From Phoronis australis (Eukaryota; Animalia; Phoronida), in assembly GCA_002633005.1 (NCBI GenBank), contig NMRA01000156.1:186001-250000 (forward strand): a stretch of DNA of 64,000 bases. The letters are read 5' to 3'. The notes beneath the pieces are model-generated. The model made no database searches. It was given only the letters and a program-made list of their open reading frames with translations, and was not told where the DNA came from. A program made the translations under genes and the position numbers. Positions 1 through 13,200 of the stretch are shown here, piece after piece. The number at the start of each line of letters is the position of its first letter. Within the stretch, counting starts at the first letter, position 1.

Positions 1-859
1 CACTGTCTTAAACTGAGTAAGAAACAAGATAAGACTAATTTTATGGCAGCAATTAAGTGTCGACCTAAATCAAAAACTCGTTTTTTTCTTCAATACAAAA
101 CGTGGGAAATTTGACAGAAAGCACGAATCTTAATGCCGCTTCTAGGAAGTACTGTGAGGATGGCATATAATGTTAAAATATTATCATGTCCTCCCTTACT
201 TCTTTGAACTTAAAGATACTCATGAAAATATATTTTGCGGGAAATTGTAGAACATAGCCAGAGGTATCAGAGTAACAACTGCATTTTAAGCAGGAACCTA
301 GACGACACCGGCTTTCAGTGAAAGGGCCGATAAACCATGACCAGAGAATGGACCATTACAAAAAAAAAAAAAAAAATCAGAAAATAACGGAAAGAGACAA
401 TTTTAATGTCGTCACGTCACCTTTTGATTTCTTGCCTGGCTTTGTCTGTTCCTCTAGAGTTTCTGGAAAAATCAGTGAATTTGGCATTCCCCAAACCAAA
501 GTAGTTCGTCATTCGCAAAAAGAAAGAATGAATGCAAACCTGCTGGCGATCACGACACTCACCAGAACGCATCCATGACGTAGGCCTATCTAACTTCGTT
601 TTCCGTTTCGTTTGTCTATTCGTGCTACGTGTTTTGACGTTCAACCGCAAGACCTCAATAATTTGCAATTTTTATAGTCACCCTTATCGACTGACAAAGG
701 AGCCAGCGAGCCTTTCATCAACGGCCTTTGGTCTCACTATCTGAGATTCAACTAAAACGCTTCACAGAGTGTTATTATAGCTATATTCTCACGATTTTTT
801 GCGAGTAGATTAAAATTATGCGCCAGTTTCATGTGATTGATGCAGAAAGGCGCTGAGGT

Positions 860-1221
860 TGAGTCTGTATGCTATTGTCTGCAGCGCCATCTTTGGAGCT
901 TTATACAAATATAGACGATTTTGTACTCTCGCTAATCATCACAGTTGCCATTTTTCGCGACAACATCAAGTTGCAATACATTCTACTTACTCATTTCAAC
1001 TACTTGATTATCAGTCTTTGTTAAGTTAAGTAAAAATTTCTGCTTGTTTTGCAAAATTTGTATTTCGTAACCACACGCAGCCGTCATCATTTCCGGTTTT
1101 CGTTTGACACCTCACCGACTGTGATTTTATCTCGAGCACGTATTTCACCGATTTGTGATTCATTTTATTTTCATAAACGTGTGCATTTTCTCTGGTGTCA
1201 TTAATTGTCAAGTATACGACC
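860..1221 (+). promoter_or_regulatory. Putative ARFGAP1 promoter and 5' UTR
   Basis: CpG-richer region just upstream of the ATG, with YY1-type GCCAT(C/T)TT motifs (~886, ~947) and an ETS-like TTCCGG (~1091). Confidence 0.45.
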
Positions 1222-1281
1222 ATGGCAAGTCCAAGAACCCGTCGAGTCTTGAAGGAAGTAAAGGCGAGAAATGAAAACAAC
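1222..1281 (+). CDS. ARFGAP1: ARFGAP1 coding exon 1 ([20 protein letters not shown])
   Basis: ACCATGG Kozak context; donor GTGAGT at 1282. Confidence 0.96.
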
Positions 1282-4200
1282 GTGAGTCAGTTTTTACAAT
1301 TTTTACTCACGGACACAAGTCACACTTACAGCCACAGCCAGGTAGGCGGTGGCACATTCTAATTCATCCTGTATCCTGTCAGATTTTTTGCGCTTAACCC
1401 TGGTTAAGCTAAATAACATTACCACCTGGTTACTGTGTAAATGTAGTCGGACACCTTTGATGCTTTGGAAGTTTTGTTGCAGCTGAGTTGGAGTCTTTGA
1501 GTTTGAATCCTTCCAGATTGAACAATTCTCGCAAACTTTCTGAATATCCTGTCATTTCATCAACGAAATTGAAGACTGGACTCCATTACAGTCAATGAGC
1601 TCACAGTCAAATCTATCTGCATGAGTGCCATAAAGGGCTTTAACCGCATGATGGCAATTGCTTTTTGACTTTGGTGGACTGATTGGGATGCCTGGCTTTG
1701 AAAGAACTTGAAGCGAGAAGTATCAGGTTCATAGTTTTGAGCAACGTGATTTTTCCGTGCTCTGGCATCCAACAACAGTACGTAATCATGACAACGAAAA
1801 GGGCCCGCATAGCCTCATGAGTTTGAGGAGGAGGTGTCTGCAAAGAGGGCCGACATGATGTTGAGTTTCAGGTGGCATAACTCCTAATCATTAGATGGAG
1901 GAGAAATGAGGTGAATGTGCAGTGAGTGTCATAAAGGCCTTTCTTAATCACTTACTAATTGGTCTTTAGTGCATGTACTGGTTAAGAGAATACGCCTGAC
2001 TTTGAAGCAAGAGGTAGCGGGTTTGAAACGTAGAACAAGGTAATTTTTCGCTATAGAAATGTCATGCGGTTATTGGTGGATAGGTCCATGTTTTAATTGG
2101 ATTTGAAAACCATTTACTCCCACTGCAAATAACAGGTGCTATTCAGTGAGAGTAACTGGAGCCCATTCCAACAAAACTGACTTAGCTAAGACAAAACCTA
2201 AAGTTTAGTAAATTTTGAAATTAAAGTTAAATTTGTCTTAAAACCAATTCAAGAAAGAGATCTTAAGTTTGACTTAAATGTTTGGCATAAATTTTGTCTT
2301 AATTTTGACTAACTTACCGAATATGGAAGTTTCAAAGTTTGGAAGTTAAGACAAATCTTTAACTTAAGTCAAAAATGAACTTAAGTCAGTTTCTTGGAAC
2401 AGGCCCCTGGTCTTCAAATCTCTTTAATCAGGGACCCTCTTATCTGACTATTACCAGTTATGGTTAGGTCACCGTCTGCCAGCCATGCCAACAGGAGGCT
2501 GCACAGACATGGGACCTCTCTAACCTATACCATCTTCCGTTTTAGGGATTTTACTAGTATTTATTTGTTAGTCAAACCCACTACACTATTAACAGTTAAA
2601 TCATTTTGATGCCATCTAACTGTTTCAAAAGGTTAGAAAAATAATTTCTCAAACTTCTTCAGAGAGAAAAGTTAGAGGCAGGAATATCACTAAGGTTAGA
2701 GACAGGTTCTTGATGTTCAAGATCCAAATTTTTAGATCTGTTAAAAACAACAAGGTCTCCAAAATGCCAAGTGGTTAGAAAACCAGCGAAACAAATCTGA
2801 TTTTTCCTTGAGTAAACCAACTTGTTTACCAGTGTTATGGAAGTTATCTGTACTTTCCTTGGTTCAGCCGGAAGTCAAAACCAGCCACCCCCGAGTCAAA
2901 ATCTTGCGTTGAAACCGATCATTCAAAGTGCAATTGACCATTAGCAAGCATTTTAGAGCTCACTAGGCCTTTATAGTTTGACACAACCGTAAGTCACGTG
3001 ATATGCAGCACTCTTTCCTCTTCAGCAGAACATGCGCGCCTCCTGGTTATAGATCTCGGCAACATTTCTGGAGTCCTGGAATTTGCCCTTAGTAACGTTC
3101 CCCTTGTCCTTTGCTCAGGGACGCCCTGTGTATGTTCTGGATCCACCACCACCAAGCCAGTACCATCTCCATCTACCACTTCGAAAATTTGCGCCCGTCT
3201 CTGGGTTTTGTGAGTTTCACCTTAGATTTGGGTGCCAAAGTTGAGGATGTCGTCTATACTTTTTCTTAGCCCATCTGGGAATTGAAGCAATGTTCAGATT
3301 GGCGATTTTCTGGAGGCCTTTACAGTACGACACAATGAGAAGTCATGTGGTACAATACTAACAATGCTGTTCATGTGGCTAAATTTTTAGAGCATTCACA
3401 TGTGTCAACTTAGAGCAGTATGAAATAGAGTGCCACCTGTTGGCCATTTCCTGCTTTCCATGACTTCTTTAATCCACAATTTGAAACAAATTACCAGAAG
3501 TGCTTGCACTTCTTTGTAGTTTTGAGTATTTTATTGCCAGCGAACCAAAATTCTGAGCAAATGTTTCTGCGGCAAATTTGTCGCTATTTTCTGAAAGATG
3601 TCGCTTTATACCGAACCAAAAAATTGAATGAATGGCATGTGCACTTGTCGTGAGCATAAAGTTTTAAAATCAATATATACATTTCTTTTTTACAAAAATG
3701 GAAGAGTGGTGACTTAGATTAGATTGTGTGTTCCCTTAAATGGACATAATAGACAAGGTAGATAACTTTTGAGTGTCGGAGCTGCAAAAACTTATGCACA
3801 GTTGGCTGAAGGACAGCAAATGGAGTAGTGACAAGCAGGAAAAGCCAGTTTTGCTTAAATCACCATCGTTTTACCCACATTTATTCTTAAAACTTTATGT
3901 TTTGACGTTGAGTCGTACACGACAAGATGGCTGTCTACCTCACTGCGCGACATAGATGCAGTACGTAAATGTCCACACTTGCCGTTCTGACATACCGGTA
4001 TGTCTTTAGACTAAATGTGAACATCGACATTGAACAGTCGCACACTTCTAATGCCATAAAAATGATTACAGGCCGCTTGGGTGGGTCCATTGCACTGATC
4101 ACCTGGAACCATTTTTATGCTTTATTGACATACAGTTAAAACCGAGCTGAGGAGTTAGAGACCTGACTCAGGGGTATAGCAGGGTGGCCCAGTGGGACTC

Positions 4201-7200
4201 GAACCCACGACCTCAAACATAAGAGACTATAAAATTGAGCTGCCATTTGCTATCAATTGTCTTGTTAACATTCATAACCAATCCATTTTTGATTTCAGGT
4301 CTGCATTGAATGCGGTACACAGAATCCTCAATGGGTCAGTGTAACATATGGAATATGGATCTGCCTGGAGTGTTCGGGAAAACATCGGGGGCTTGGTGTG
4401 CACCTCAGGTATGGGTTCAGGAAAAGTTGCAGGAGTTGTGTGTACAAGGGGGTTATGTTCAATGTGCAGCGTAGTGTGCGTCTAGTCAGCATACAGTATG
4501 TTAGTGTGGTATGTAACGTACGGAAATGACGACCTTAATGTAGACTTTTTGAATCGTAGTTAGTTGTCGCCACTTGTATACAAAAATCTGGAGACTTTCA
4601 GGGGTACCGTCTCCTCTTTACCCCCTGAACCCACATCTAAACTTATTAACAAATTATATGCAAAGCGAAGTTAGCTACAAATTCCTTTGTATCATGCTGC
4701 AGTAAATATTTAGTTAAGTAGTTTCCTTGTTGTTTGGATGTAGATTCCAACTGTATATTTGGGGGTGGATATGGAAGTTGTTGCTTAGTGACATCAAATA
4801 GTGAGCCTTAAAAAGCGTTGTGAGCAAAATGGAACATTGTTGTCTACGTCTTATTTAGCTTTGTGCGCTCAGCCACTATGGACAAATGGAAGGAACTGGA
4901 GCTAGAGAAAATGAAAGTGGGCGGAAACAAGAAAGCTCACCAGTTCTTTGACGAACAGTCGGATATCAGGAAAGGCATGAGTTTGGTGGAGAAATACAAC
5001 AGCAGAGCTGCGGCATTATATAGAGATAAGGTGAGTGAAGGGAAAGTAGGCGGGAACTGTAAAGTTCACTAGGTCATTGATTGACAGTTGGGCATCAGGG
5101 AAGGCATGAGATTGGTGGAGAAATACAACAGGAGAGCTGCAGCATTAGGTGGAGATAAGATGAGTGTAAGGAAAGTAGGCGGGGACTATCAGGCTGATCA
5201 GTTGTTTGATGGACAGTTGGGAATCAAGAAGGGTTCGAATCTGGTGGAGAAGTACAACAGCAAAGCTAGGCTGCTAACACATTTTTAAGCGTGCTATGTT
5301 TATTGCTTCTCAAAACCTGAGAAAGTACTGCTCCACCTTCAGTCAAAATGGGCAACTACTTGAACATGTCTGCTGCAAAACTGCCATGGGCCAGAATTGC
5401 CAAATTTGATGGATTATATTCTTAATGTTTGGTAGTCAAAAAACACAAAAATATGTAAAATTATGGTATCTGCAACTGGAATATGTAAATCTGTGACAGA
5501 AGTTAGATTCCGTGAATTCTGTTCATTTTCTGTTGTCACGGGAAACCAGAGTCTCTGTATAATATTTGTAAAATATACTCGTGTGTCATTTGGACGATTG
5601 TGTTGGTGGTCAAATTGAGAGGTGAGTTTTGAACATCAAACAGAGCGTAGTGTACATCACAGCCCTACTAATATGCTCATTCATAAATGTGGCTGACATG
5701 AGGAATTGAATTTTGACAAAATTGCTCTTGTTCGCCATGTGTCCTAAATTGGTGAGTTATGTTGCACTTTTAAACGAATTAAAGCAGCAATAAACCCACC
5801 TTCCATCACAAAAAACAACTTTTGATTAGACCCTCATTGTGAAATTGGTTTCAAATTGTTCGTCAGTCAACGCGATGGTTATTAAGGGTCTCGTTAGAAC
5901 CGTCATTTCGCTACTGCTTTCAATCAGGCTCTACTAGTTAGCTTGTCGCAGCGTGTCAGTTTATTCCTTGAGCATATTCTCCTGTAGTGACGTCAGTTTT
6001 TTGACCAAAAGTCATTTCCCATATGAGGAAGGAGCGAGTCAAGACACATTTTATGGCGGTGAGTTGTTTAAATCAAAAGTTAGCTTCTTAGATAACTCAC
6101 GGTTTATCACTCCGTTAACTGACCGTTTATCACTGTTGAGATGTGATATTCATAGCTTGGTTTGGAATATTTTCGCTGATAGTTTTGTTGTTGCTTCAGA
6201 TCGCCACTGAGGCCAAAGGCGAGTCCTGGTCGATTGAGACGTCTCCAGCCAAAAACCACACCTCGTCATTCATGCATAAGAGCTACAGTACACCCGCTGT
6301 GAGCAGTCTGAGCTCTTCAGGGATGGGGAGCAGTAGCGCGTATCACACGTCCGGTGGTTCTACCACCTCAATAGAGGACGCTACAGGGCTGAGCAGGTGA
6401 TGGCGACATTTACGCATTTTAATGAAGGTTATGTAGGACCTGCGAAAAATATCCAAATTTGCCGAACTTTGGAACGTCACATCTCAGCAATGGCTGATCG
6501 GATTTGCACGAAACTTAACACATAGCGACATAGTTTATGTGCTGATCTTAATAGTGCTACTAGGATTTGTTTATAAATTGTTTATAAAATGTTTCACTTT
6601 TCCATGAGAGACTAATAAAACATAGGGCTTTTATGAAAAACATCAAAAGTTGCATAAAACGAAAATGAAATAATAACATTCTTATTGAGATTTCACCTTA
6701 AACATTTTTTGAAATTCAGTTTGGTCATATTATTATGTCGTTGTTTTTCTATGACTGTACTTTTCTTTGTTGCTAATTTTTACCATAAAGACATGGTCAG
6801 CTGACCCAATTAATGGCAGATTTTTATAGTAAAAATCTCAAATCTGCTGGGTTTCCACTTTCAGAAAATATAATTATATATTTTTACTGACTCGTTTAAA
6901 ATCTATGGTTTTGTTGATACTAAACAGGCAAGACTTGTCGATAAGGTCCCGCATAATATTAAAGGTCAATATTTCGTGTTCTGGCTGGAGAATCTTTCAC
7001 CCTCTTTGCAGTATTTATTTAATCAAAAGTATTCTGACGAAATAACATGGAATTCCCGATCACGCCGGCTGGTGGAATTTGAATTTATGGTTAGCTTAGT
7101 GTGGTGTGACTGAGAGTGAAGTAGAATTATTGGGAAAGTTAGGAAGGCAGCTTAACCATTCTGTAATTACAGTTTTGGTGCTGCGTTAAATATTACCAGT

Positions 7201-10200
7201 TATTATTTTGTTGTTAACAGAATCAGCCGTCTTGTCAAGGAAACAGTATTTCCTCTGATTACTTTTGTGTTGTACTGCAGCACCAAGCACATACAACCCC
7301 TGCCTCCTGTCAGTGAGTGAAAAATTTGCTTTTCTTGAGAAAAGAAATGGGTTTACAAGAACAGGAATGCTTGACATCAGAAAAGAATTTTTGATTGACG
7401 ACGAGAAAAGAATCGTATCCGTGAGGAAAGAACACTGTAGGTGAGAGCGGCTGAGTGATCTGTGACCGACGAACATTGTGAACCCAGGGGCATTTTGACA
7501 GTCAAGCTTTCCAAGCAGTTAGGATGAATATATTTCTGTTTAACCTGTTCTCACCATGCCAATATCAAATTCTTAAACATTTTCCAGGCAAATCGCAACT
7601 TGACAACAAATGAACATTCATCCTTTTTGTTCTTCATAGGGAAACTATAAGTAGGCAGAAGGAAGACTTTTTCTCCAGAAGACAAATGGAAAATGCATCT
7701 CGTCCAGAGTAAGTGTGTCATTGCCGATGCGCATGTTTAAGCTTTAACAAATATGTATATCTGATTGTTTTTCTGAATTATATTTGTGTTGACTTGGAAG
7801 TTAGTTGGAGTTTGGTTTCGACGTTCACTGTGGAACGTTGATTTGATAACCTTGGTATTGCACTTGACATTTTAGGGTGCAAGCTTTGAACTTTGAACTT
7901 TAACAGTATCCTACTGCTGGATTGAAGGTTTGCAATTTTGTTGAATTCTTTTGTGCGTTTTTCATCTAGCCAATTAGGGAAACTTGAAAGTGTCGACTTC
8001 AGCAAAAATAAATGTGAAGTAAACAAAGTAGTGTTAGGATTATTGACCTAGCCTAGTTGAACACGTGATGAGACATTCATTAATTGAAGGTTCACTGCAC
8101 TGATATGAAAATCACTGCTTTCTTTGGATAGCAATCTTCCTCCCAGTCAAGGCGGCAAGTACGTGGGGTTTGGAAGCCAACCTAACATTCCCAAAACTAA
8201 TGAGGACGATTTCATGGCCTCCTTGCAAGCGGTAAGTCCCTGGAAATTCTGCTGTCTGTCACCAGGTGTCACTGCAAGCCTGTCCAAGCTTCCTTGTCTT
8301 TTGTGGTTGACAACAGACATAACTTTTGTATCAGGAATGTTTGCTCTTTGAAGCCTTCCTCGGATGAATTCCTCTTAGTTGAATTGATCTACCCAGATAG
8401 TCCCAGCAATACATTAGTAACACAAGAAAACACAATTTTATCACTCAAGCCTGGGTTTTTCAAATGATACGGGAAATAGTCTTATCAAGTCAACTGTGTC
8501 TTTGCAAGAACAAATGATAAAAGGCTGAAAGTACTTTAATTGAATAGAGGTTTGAATAGAAGGCATTGTAAGGATTTGTGCTGGAACTTAGACGAATGTA
8601 AGTGTAAATAAGCATAACCGTTTATAAAGTTGAGTGATGCTGAAAACATATTTTAGCAATCAAATTCCCTTTTGTTAAGGGTAGGCTTTTAAAAGAAGTT
8701 ATTGGTTTCATAACTGAGAGACGCATTTTTGGGAAATTATTGGACGGCACAGACGTCTTGAAGTTGTTAGCTTTGACCAAATCTAAAAAACAACAAAATC
8801 CACTCGTATTATAGCTTAGCTTTAAGGCGGGGGTCATTAAGTCATTAAGTGCAAACTAGGATTAGCCGGTCATCCACATAAACCACAGTATATTCAAGCA
8901 CAGATTAACAGACACTCGTCTTGAATTTGTTCAAAAGAAGACAAGAAAAAATTTGAGAAATAATTTCGGGCTGAATTTCCCGTACAAAAATTCTGGACTG
9001 TGGTCGTGGTAAAAAGCCTAAAACCTGGTTTATTGTCCTTATAATTTGCTTCATTTAATTCACAGACTGTCCTCTAAAGGAGCATTGGACTCTGACAATA
9101 GATTTTCTTTGGAGTTCACTGTGTTTTGAAAGGAGGGTCTAGTCAGTGTTCAAATATGTAGTGTCATTCTTTCTATGTTACAGGGGTGGTCCAGCTTCAC
9201 AGTGGGTGCCAGCAAGTGGGCATCGACAGCCAGTCAGAAGGTGAGAGCATACTCATATTCTCTGTACAGTACATGTCAGAAGTGTTCAGACAAAGTGACC
9301 GAGAATTCCCTGTCATGAGTGCTGGGTGGAAGCCGATTTTTTCGTCAGAGTGGTCTTCGCCCAATGGCTGAGAATGAAGGGGAATTGACAGGAAAGTTTT
9401 TGTCTGATTACTTTTGTCTTGTAATGTAGCTAGTACTAACTCTTTCAGTAAAGTGGGCAACTTACTGTGGCTATTCTTTTCTTATTTTGCACAAAAGTAA
9501 TTTCAGCTGAAATTCTCATTTTCCTGTTTTTCAAAAAGTCTGATTACTTTGCTACAAATAATGGAAACTTTATAAAATGTTGAATTCTGACTTCTACACA
9601 GTGCTGACCTAGCCAATGAATATCTTAATCTTCATATTTTTTGAAAGGTTTCATGAATTTCAGAATTACCCCAGGTGGCGCTAGTGAGACTACAACAGTC
9701 ACTTGTGTATAAATGTATGCTTTCAATGAAAGTTTCATGTAATCACTTGCGATCCTTAGTTCACAAATGCCTCCTTTTTGATGCACTGGTTTCTAATCTC
9801 GGTTTTAAAAAGAGTTACTTTTAATCATTGCTGCCACCTTGTGAATGTTGCATAGAAGTCTCTCCTACTCTGAACTCGGTCTCACCTGTGAATGTATGCA
9901 AAGGAATGAATTAGAACCTGTATTTAATGCGAAAGCAATTTCTGGGGCTGTGCCAAAAAAAAGTTAGCCAAAACGTCAGCTGACAAAACGCTGTACTGGG
10001 AGTGTTAAAGCAGCGATAAGCCTGTGTTTCATTCAGTAAGGGACATTTTCATTAAGATCACTTATTGCTATAAGGTTGATTTGGATATGTTCCTTGCTCA
10101 GATGAGAAAGGATTTAAAGGTTTGGGAACAACTATCAGAGACCGTGCTTTGCGCATAAAACAACAAGTTGTGATAAGCCAGCTTGTGCAGCTTGGTCTCT

Positions 10201-13200
10201 AGTCATTTTGAACTGCCAGTTCTTTCTAAATCCTGAAATCATTTCCACTGGGCTAAGGAACAGTTTGAGATCAATTTTGTATCAGAGCCCCCATAGAAAG
10301 CAGCGTGAACTGATGGGGCTACCCTCATTGTAAATATTACTTAAATAGATAAATAAATAAATCAGTAAGTGGTCTAAATTGGAATTTTTTTTTGCGATGG
10401 AAGATGAGTTTAAATTTGCTTGAGGTATTTTTATTTTAGATTTGTCGACCACATTAACTTCTGTTCCTTTAGTAAGGAGTCGAACAAATTAACATTTTTG
10501 AATTGTTTAGATAATATTCCCTGGTTTCCGTGAATAATTAAGTAAAATGCTATGCAGTCTGTTTGTAACTTAAGTGTAATCTTAACAAGGAAGCTTGTTT
10601 TAAATTCTAAGTGTTTATGGTAGTCTGTTAAAAAATGTATAGGATGGAGTAGTTGCTGAGTTGACTATGTCGTTGAAAAAACAACCTAGTTATCAAGACG
10701 TTGTTCTGCAGTGCTTGTCTTATTCAGGGCTTGGAATTTTCCTTTCTAAGAGGATTTCATCTGTTTTGGTTTCCAGTTTCCTATTTTTGTCTCTTATTTA
10801 TCATTATTTTGATTTTATTCTTATGAAAACGTTTTTACTTCAGTTAAATTTTACAACACAAAAATATTTCTATCTCACAAGCCTATTTATTTCTGGAATG
10901 ATACGTCACCTGGAAAATTTTCCTCCTCTCTTTAATCATTGGTCATTCCAAGCTCTGTTTATTAAAGGGTCATAGGATGGGTGAATGTGGGGGGGGGGGG
11001 GGNGGGTTGTGCACAGTTTGATGGAGTTGAATTTTTCTGTGCCCCCAAATAATGTTCTTTGTACACCAAAATTGACGAGGGTTTCCAAGGTGCTTTCCCT
11101 TGCACCTCATTCTGGAGAAATTTCACTACAACCTGTTTGCGATTTTGTCACATCAGCTCGGCATGTTAGGGTAAAAATCTTGCCTATTTCCATGAAAGAG
11201 CATTCATTTGCCAAAATTGATGTTCTTTCATTTTTCATCGGCTTCTTACGTGAAACTGAATGCCCACAATTTCTGAAAACATCTGTTGGTAGCTATGGTG
11301 GTATAACCTGAAAACGATGAATTATTTATTTGGAGCTAATTTTCTTTAATGAAAAATTGAGAAAAGAAAGTTTCACTTGAACATCATATAGATTCCTAAA
11401 TTGGCAAAATTTTAACATAAATGGCGTTGAAAAATATCCTGCAGAGTAATTCAGGGTAGTTCCTTTTTCTCCCAAAAGAGGACTCTAGCGCATCCCTCTG
11501 TGGTTCTTCAACTGCACACTAGCTGTCACCACCGTGCTACCACTAACTTTTTGTTTGTCTGTGTGTGTCTATAAAACCAATGTGGACTATTGATGTTTGA
11601 CCAGTCTTGGCTGTCTGGAGAAGCTTTGAAGGTTAGAGCACTTGTTTCCTTGATTCACTTATGCAAGGTACCAGTAGTATTGATTGTTACTGTCTGATGA
11701 GGGGTTACTGTACACACTGTTATTGTCTGCATGAATGAACACATAATTCTAAGCCCTTAATGGTTGGCTGGATTCTGTGGAGCTCAGAGTGTGATATTTT
11801 TTGGTCTGCACTTGCAGCGAACTTTAAATGAATAGACGTGTGTTGAATCCAGTTATTGTTTGCATGATTGACTGGAGTTTAACCCCTTAACTGGCAAATT
11901 AAAATCTGCTGAGCTTGGCTTGTGATATTTTTTCGACTGCATGTTAAACCTTTAGGCTGGGTGAATTCTTCTGATCTGGCACATGCTAAAGATTGCGTGA
12001 GGATTAATGAAGATGACAAGAACAGATTTTACGTTTAAGATTTTTGCATGGTTTTAATGTAGATGCTTTGTTTGTGTGGGAACTTGAACCATGTCCATAT
12101 TGCTTTAGGTATCCCATTTTAAAAAGACTTGTTAAGGTTTTATCATTTAGGATCAAAGTGAATTTGTATTCAAAGTAGCAGATGCCTGAACAAACACTTA
12201 TCACGAGAAATATATTGACGTCGACTGATAAATGCTAAAGTGGAAATTTAAAAACCCATTTGGCAAACTCAAATTTAAATAGATCGAGAATGTCAACTAA
12301 GACTGCCGCTTTGCAATGCATCGCTAGCTATAGGTTTTAATTGACGGACATTAATTTAGTAATGGATATTACACGTGTCAAGTTAAATTAGGTTTTGTAT
12401 TGTGAAATTATCAGAACAGATATTGGAAAAGGCGTCATGGGTCAATCTTTGTGTAAAATCTGTTGAAACTCAAAGGAACTCGCCCCTATTATTTCCGTTT
12501 GTTTGTGTATTTATGGTTACAAATTCATTATGTAACTCTGTACAACTCTGTAAGTTTTGTACCTGTTATGTACCATTAAATATTACTGGTTTTCTGTTAT
12601 CAACGTGTTCCTGTCTTTGCCCTTCAACTGGACTCAGAGTGATTATTTTATCGTCCTTCTGTCTGCCATGCTTTACTGCAAAACCTTTTATTAATCATAA
12701 GGCAGATGATTTGATGGTTTCGATGCATCCTCATTTTCCAGGATTGCCTTCGGCCAAAAACTATCATCCTTGAGTCATGACTCAGCTGGAGATGATCTTT
12801 CTCTTCAGTACTGTAAATAATAAATCTGGTTATGGCAACGATCTCTGTGTTTGCCTAAATATTTACCCCTAAGACCTTTGAGTGACAGTGTCCTTGTTGT
12901 GCTTTTTTGCAAATACCACTGTTTGGTTGAATCAGTGTTATCAGCTGCACACCTGACGTAGTTTCATAAGCTTTAGATAAGAATGTAATCGAGGGCCATT
13001 TCATTATTTTGGACCATGTTTGGAGTAACTGATGCTAACGCGTGTATGTTGTCAATTAGTCAGTTTTATTGGAAAATCTCAGTTTTGTTTGCCATTTGCA
13101 ACAAACATCAAATTTAAGTTGATCAGTCAGTTCATGTTTAAATTGCTCCTGATCTTGTGGATTCAGCCAGTGTTCTCTATGGAGGATTGGAATCTTGTTT

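Noticed and set aside
5088-5288. ORF resembling a second ArfGAP gene or a mutually exclusive exon
   Set aside because: No acceptor, donor mutated, upstream in-frame stops; it is part of the 129-nt triplication
10988-11007. G-run as a G-quadruplex element
   Set aside because: Homopolymer containing an N; sequence is unreliable
11694-11720. CTGATGA as a hammerhead ribozyme core (also at ~22920)
   Set aside because: No stem II followed by GAAA and no flanking helices found
12702-12716. Second possible microexon (GCAGATGATTTGATG, ADDLM)
   Set aside because: Weak AAG acceptor and poor GTTTCG donor; not supportable without RNA data
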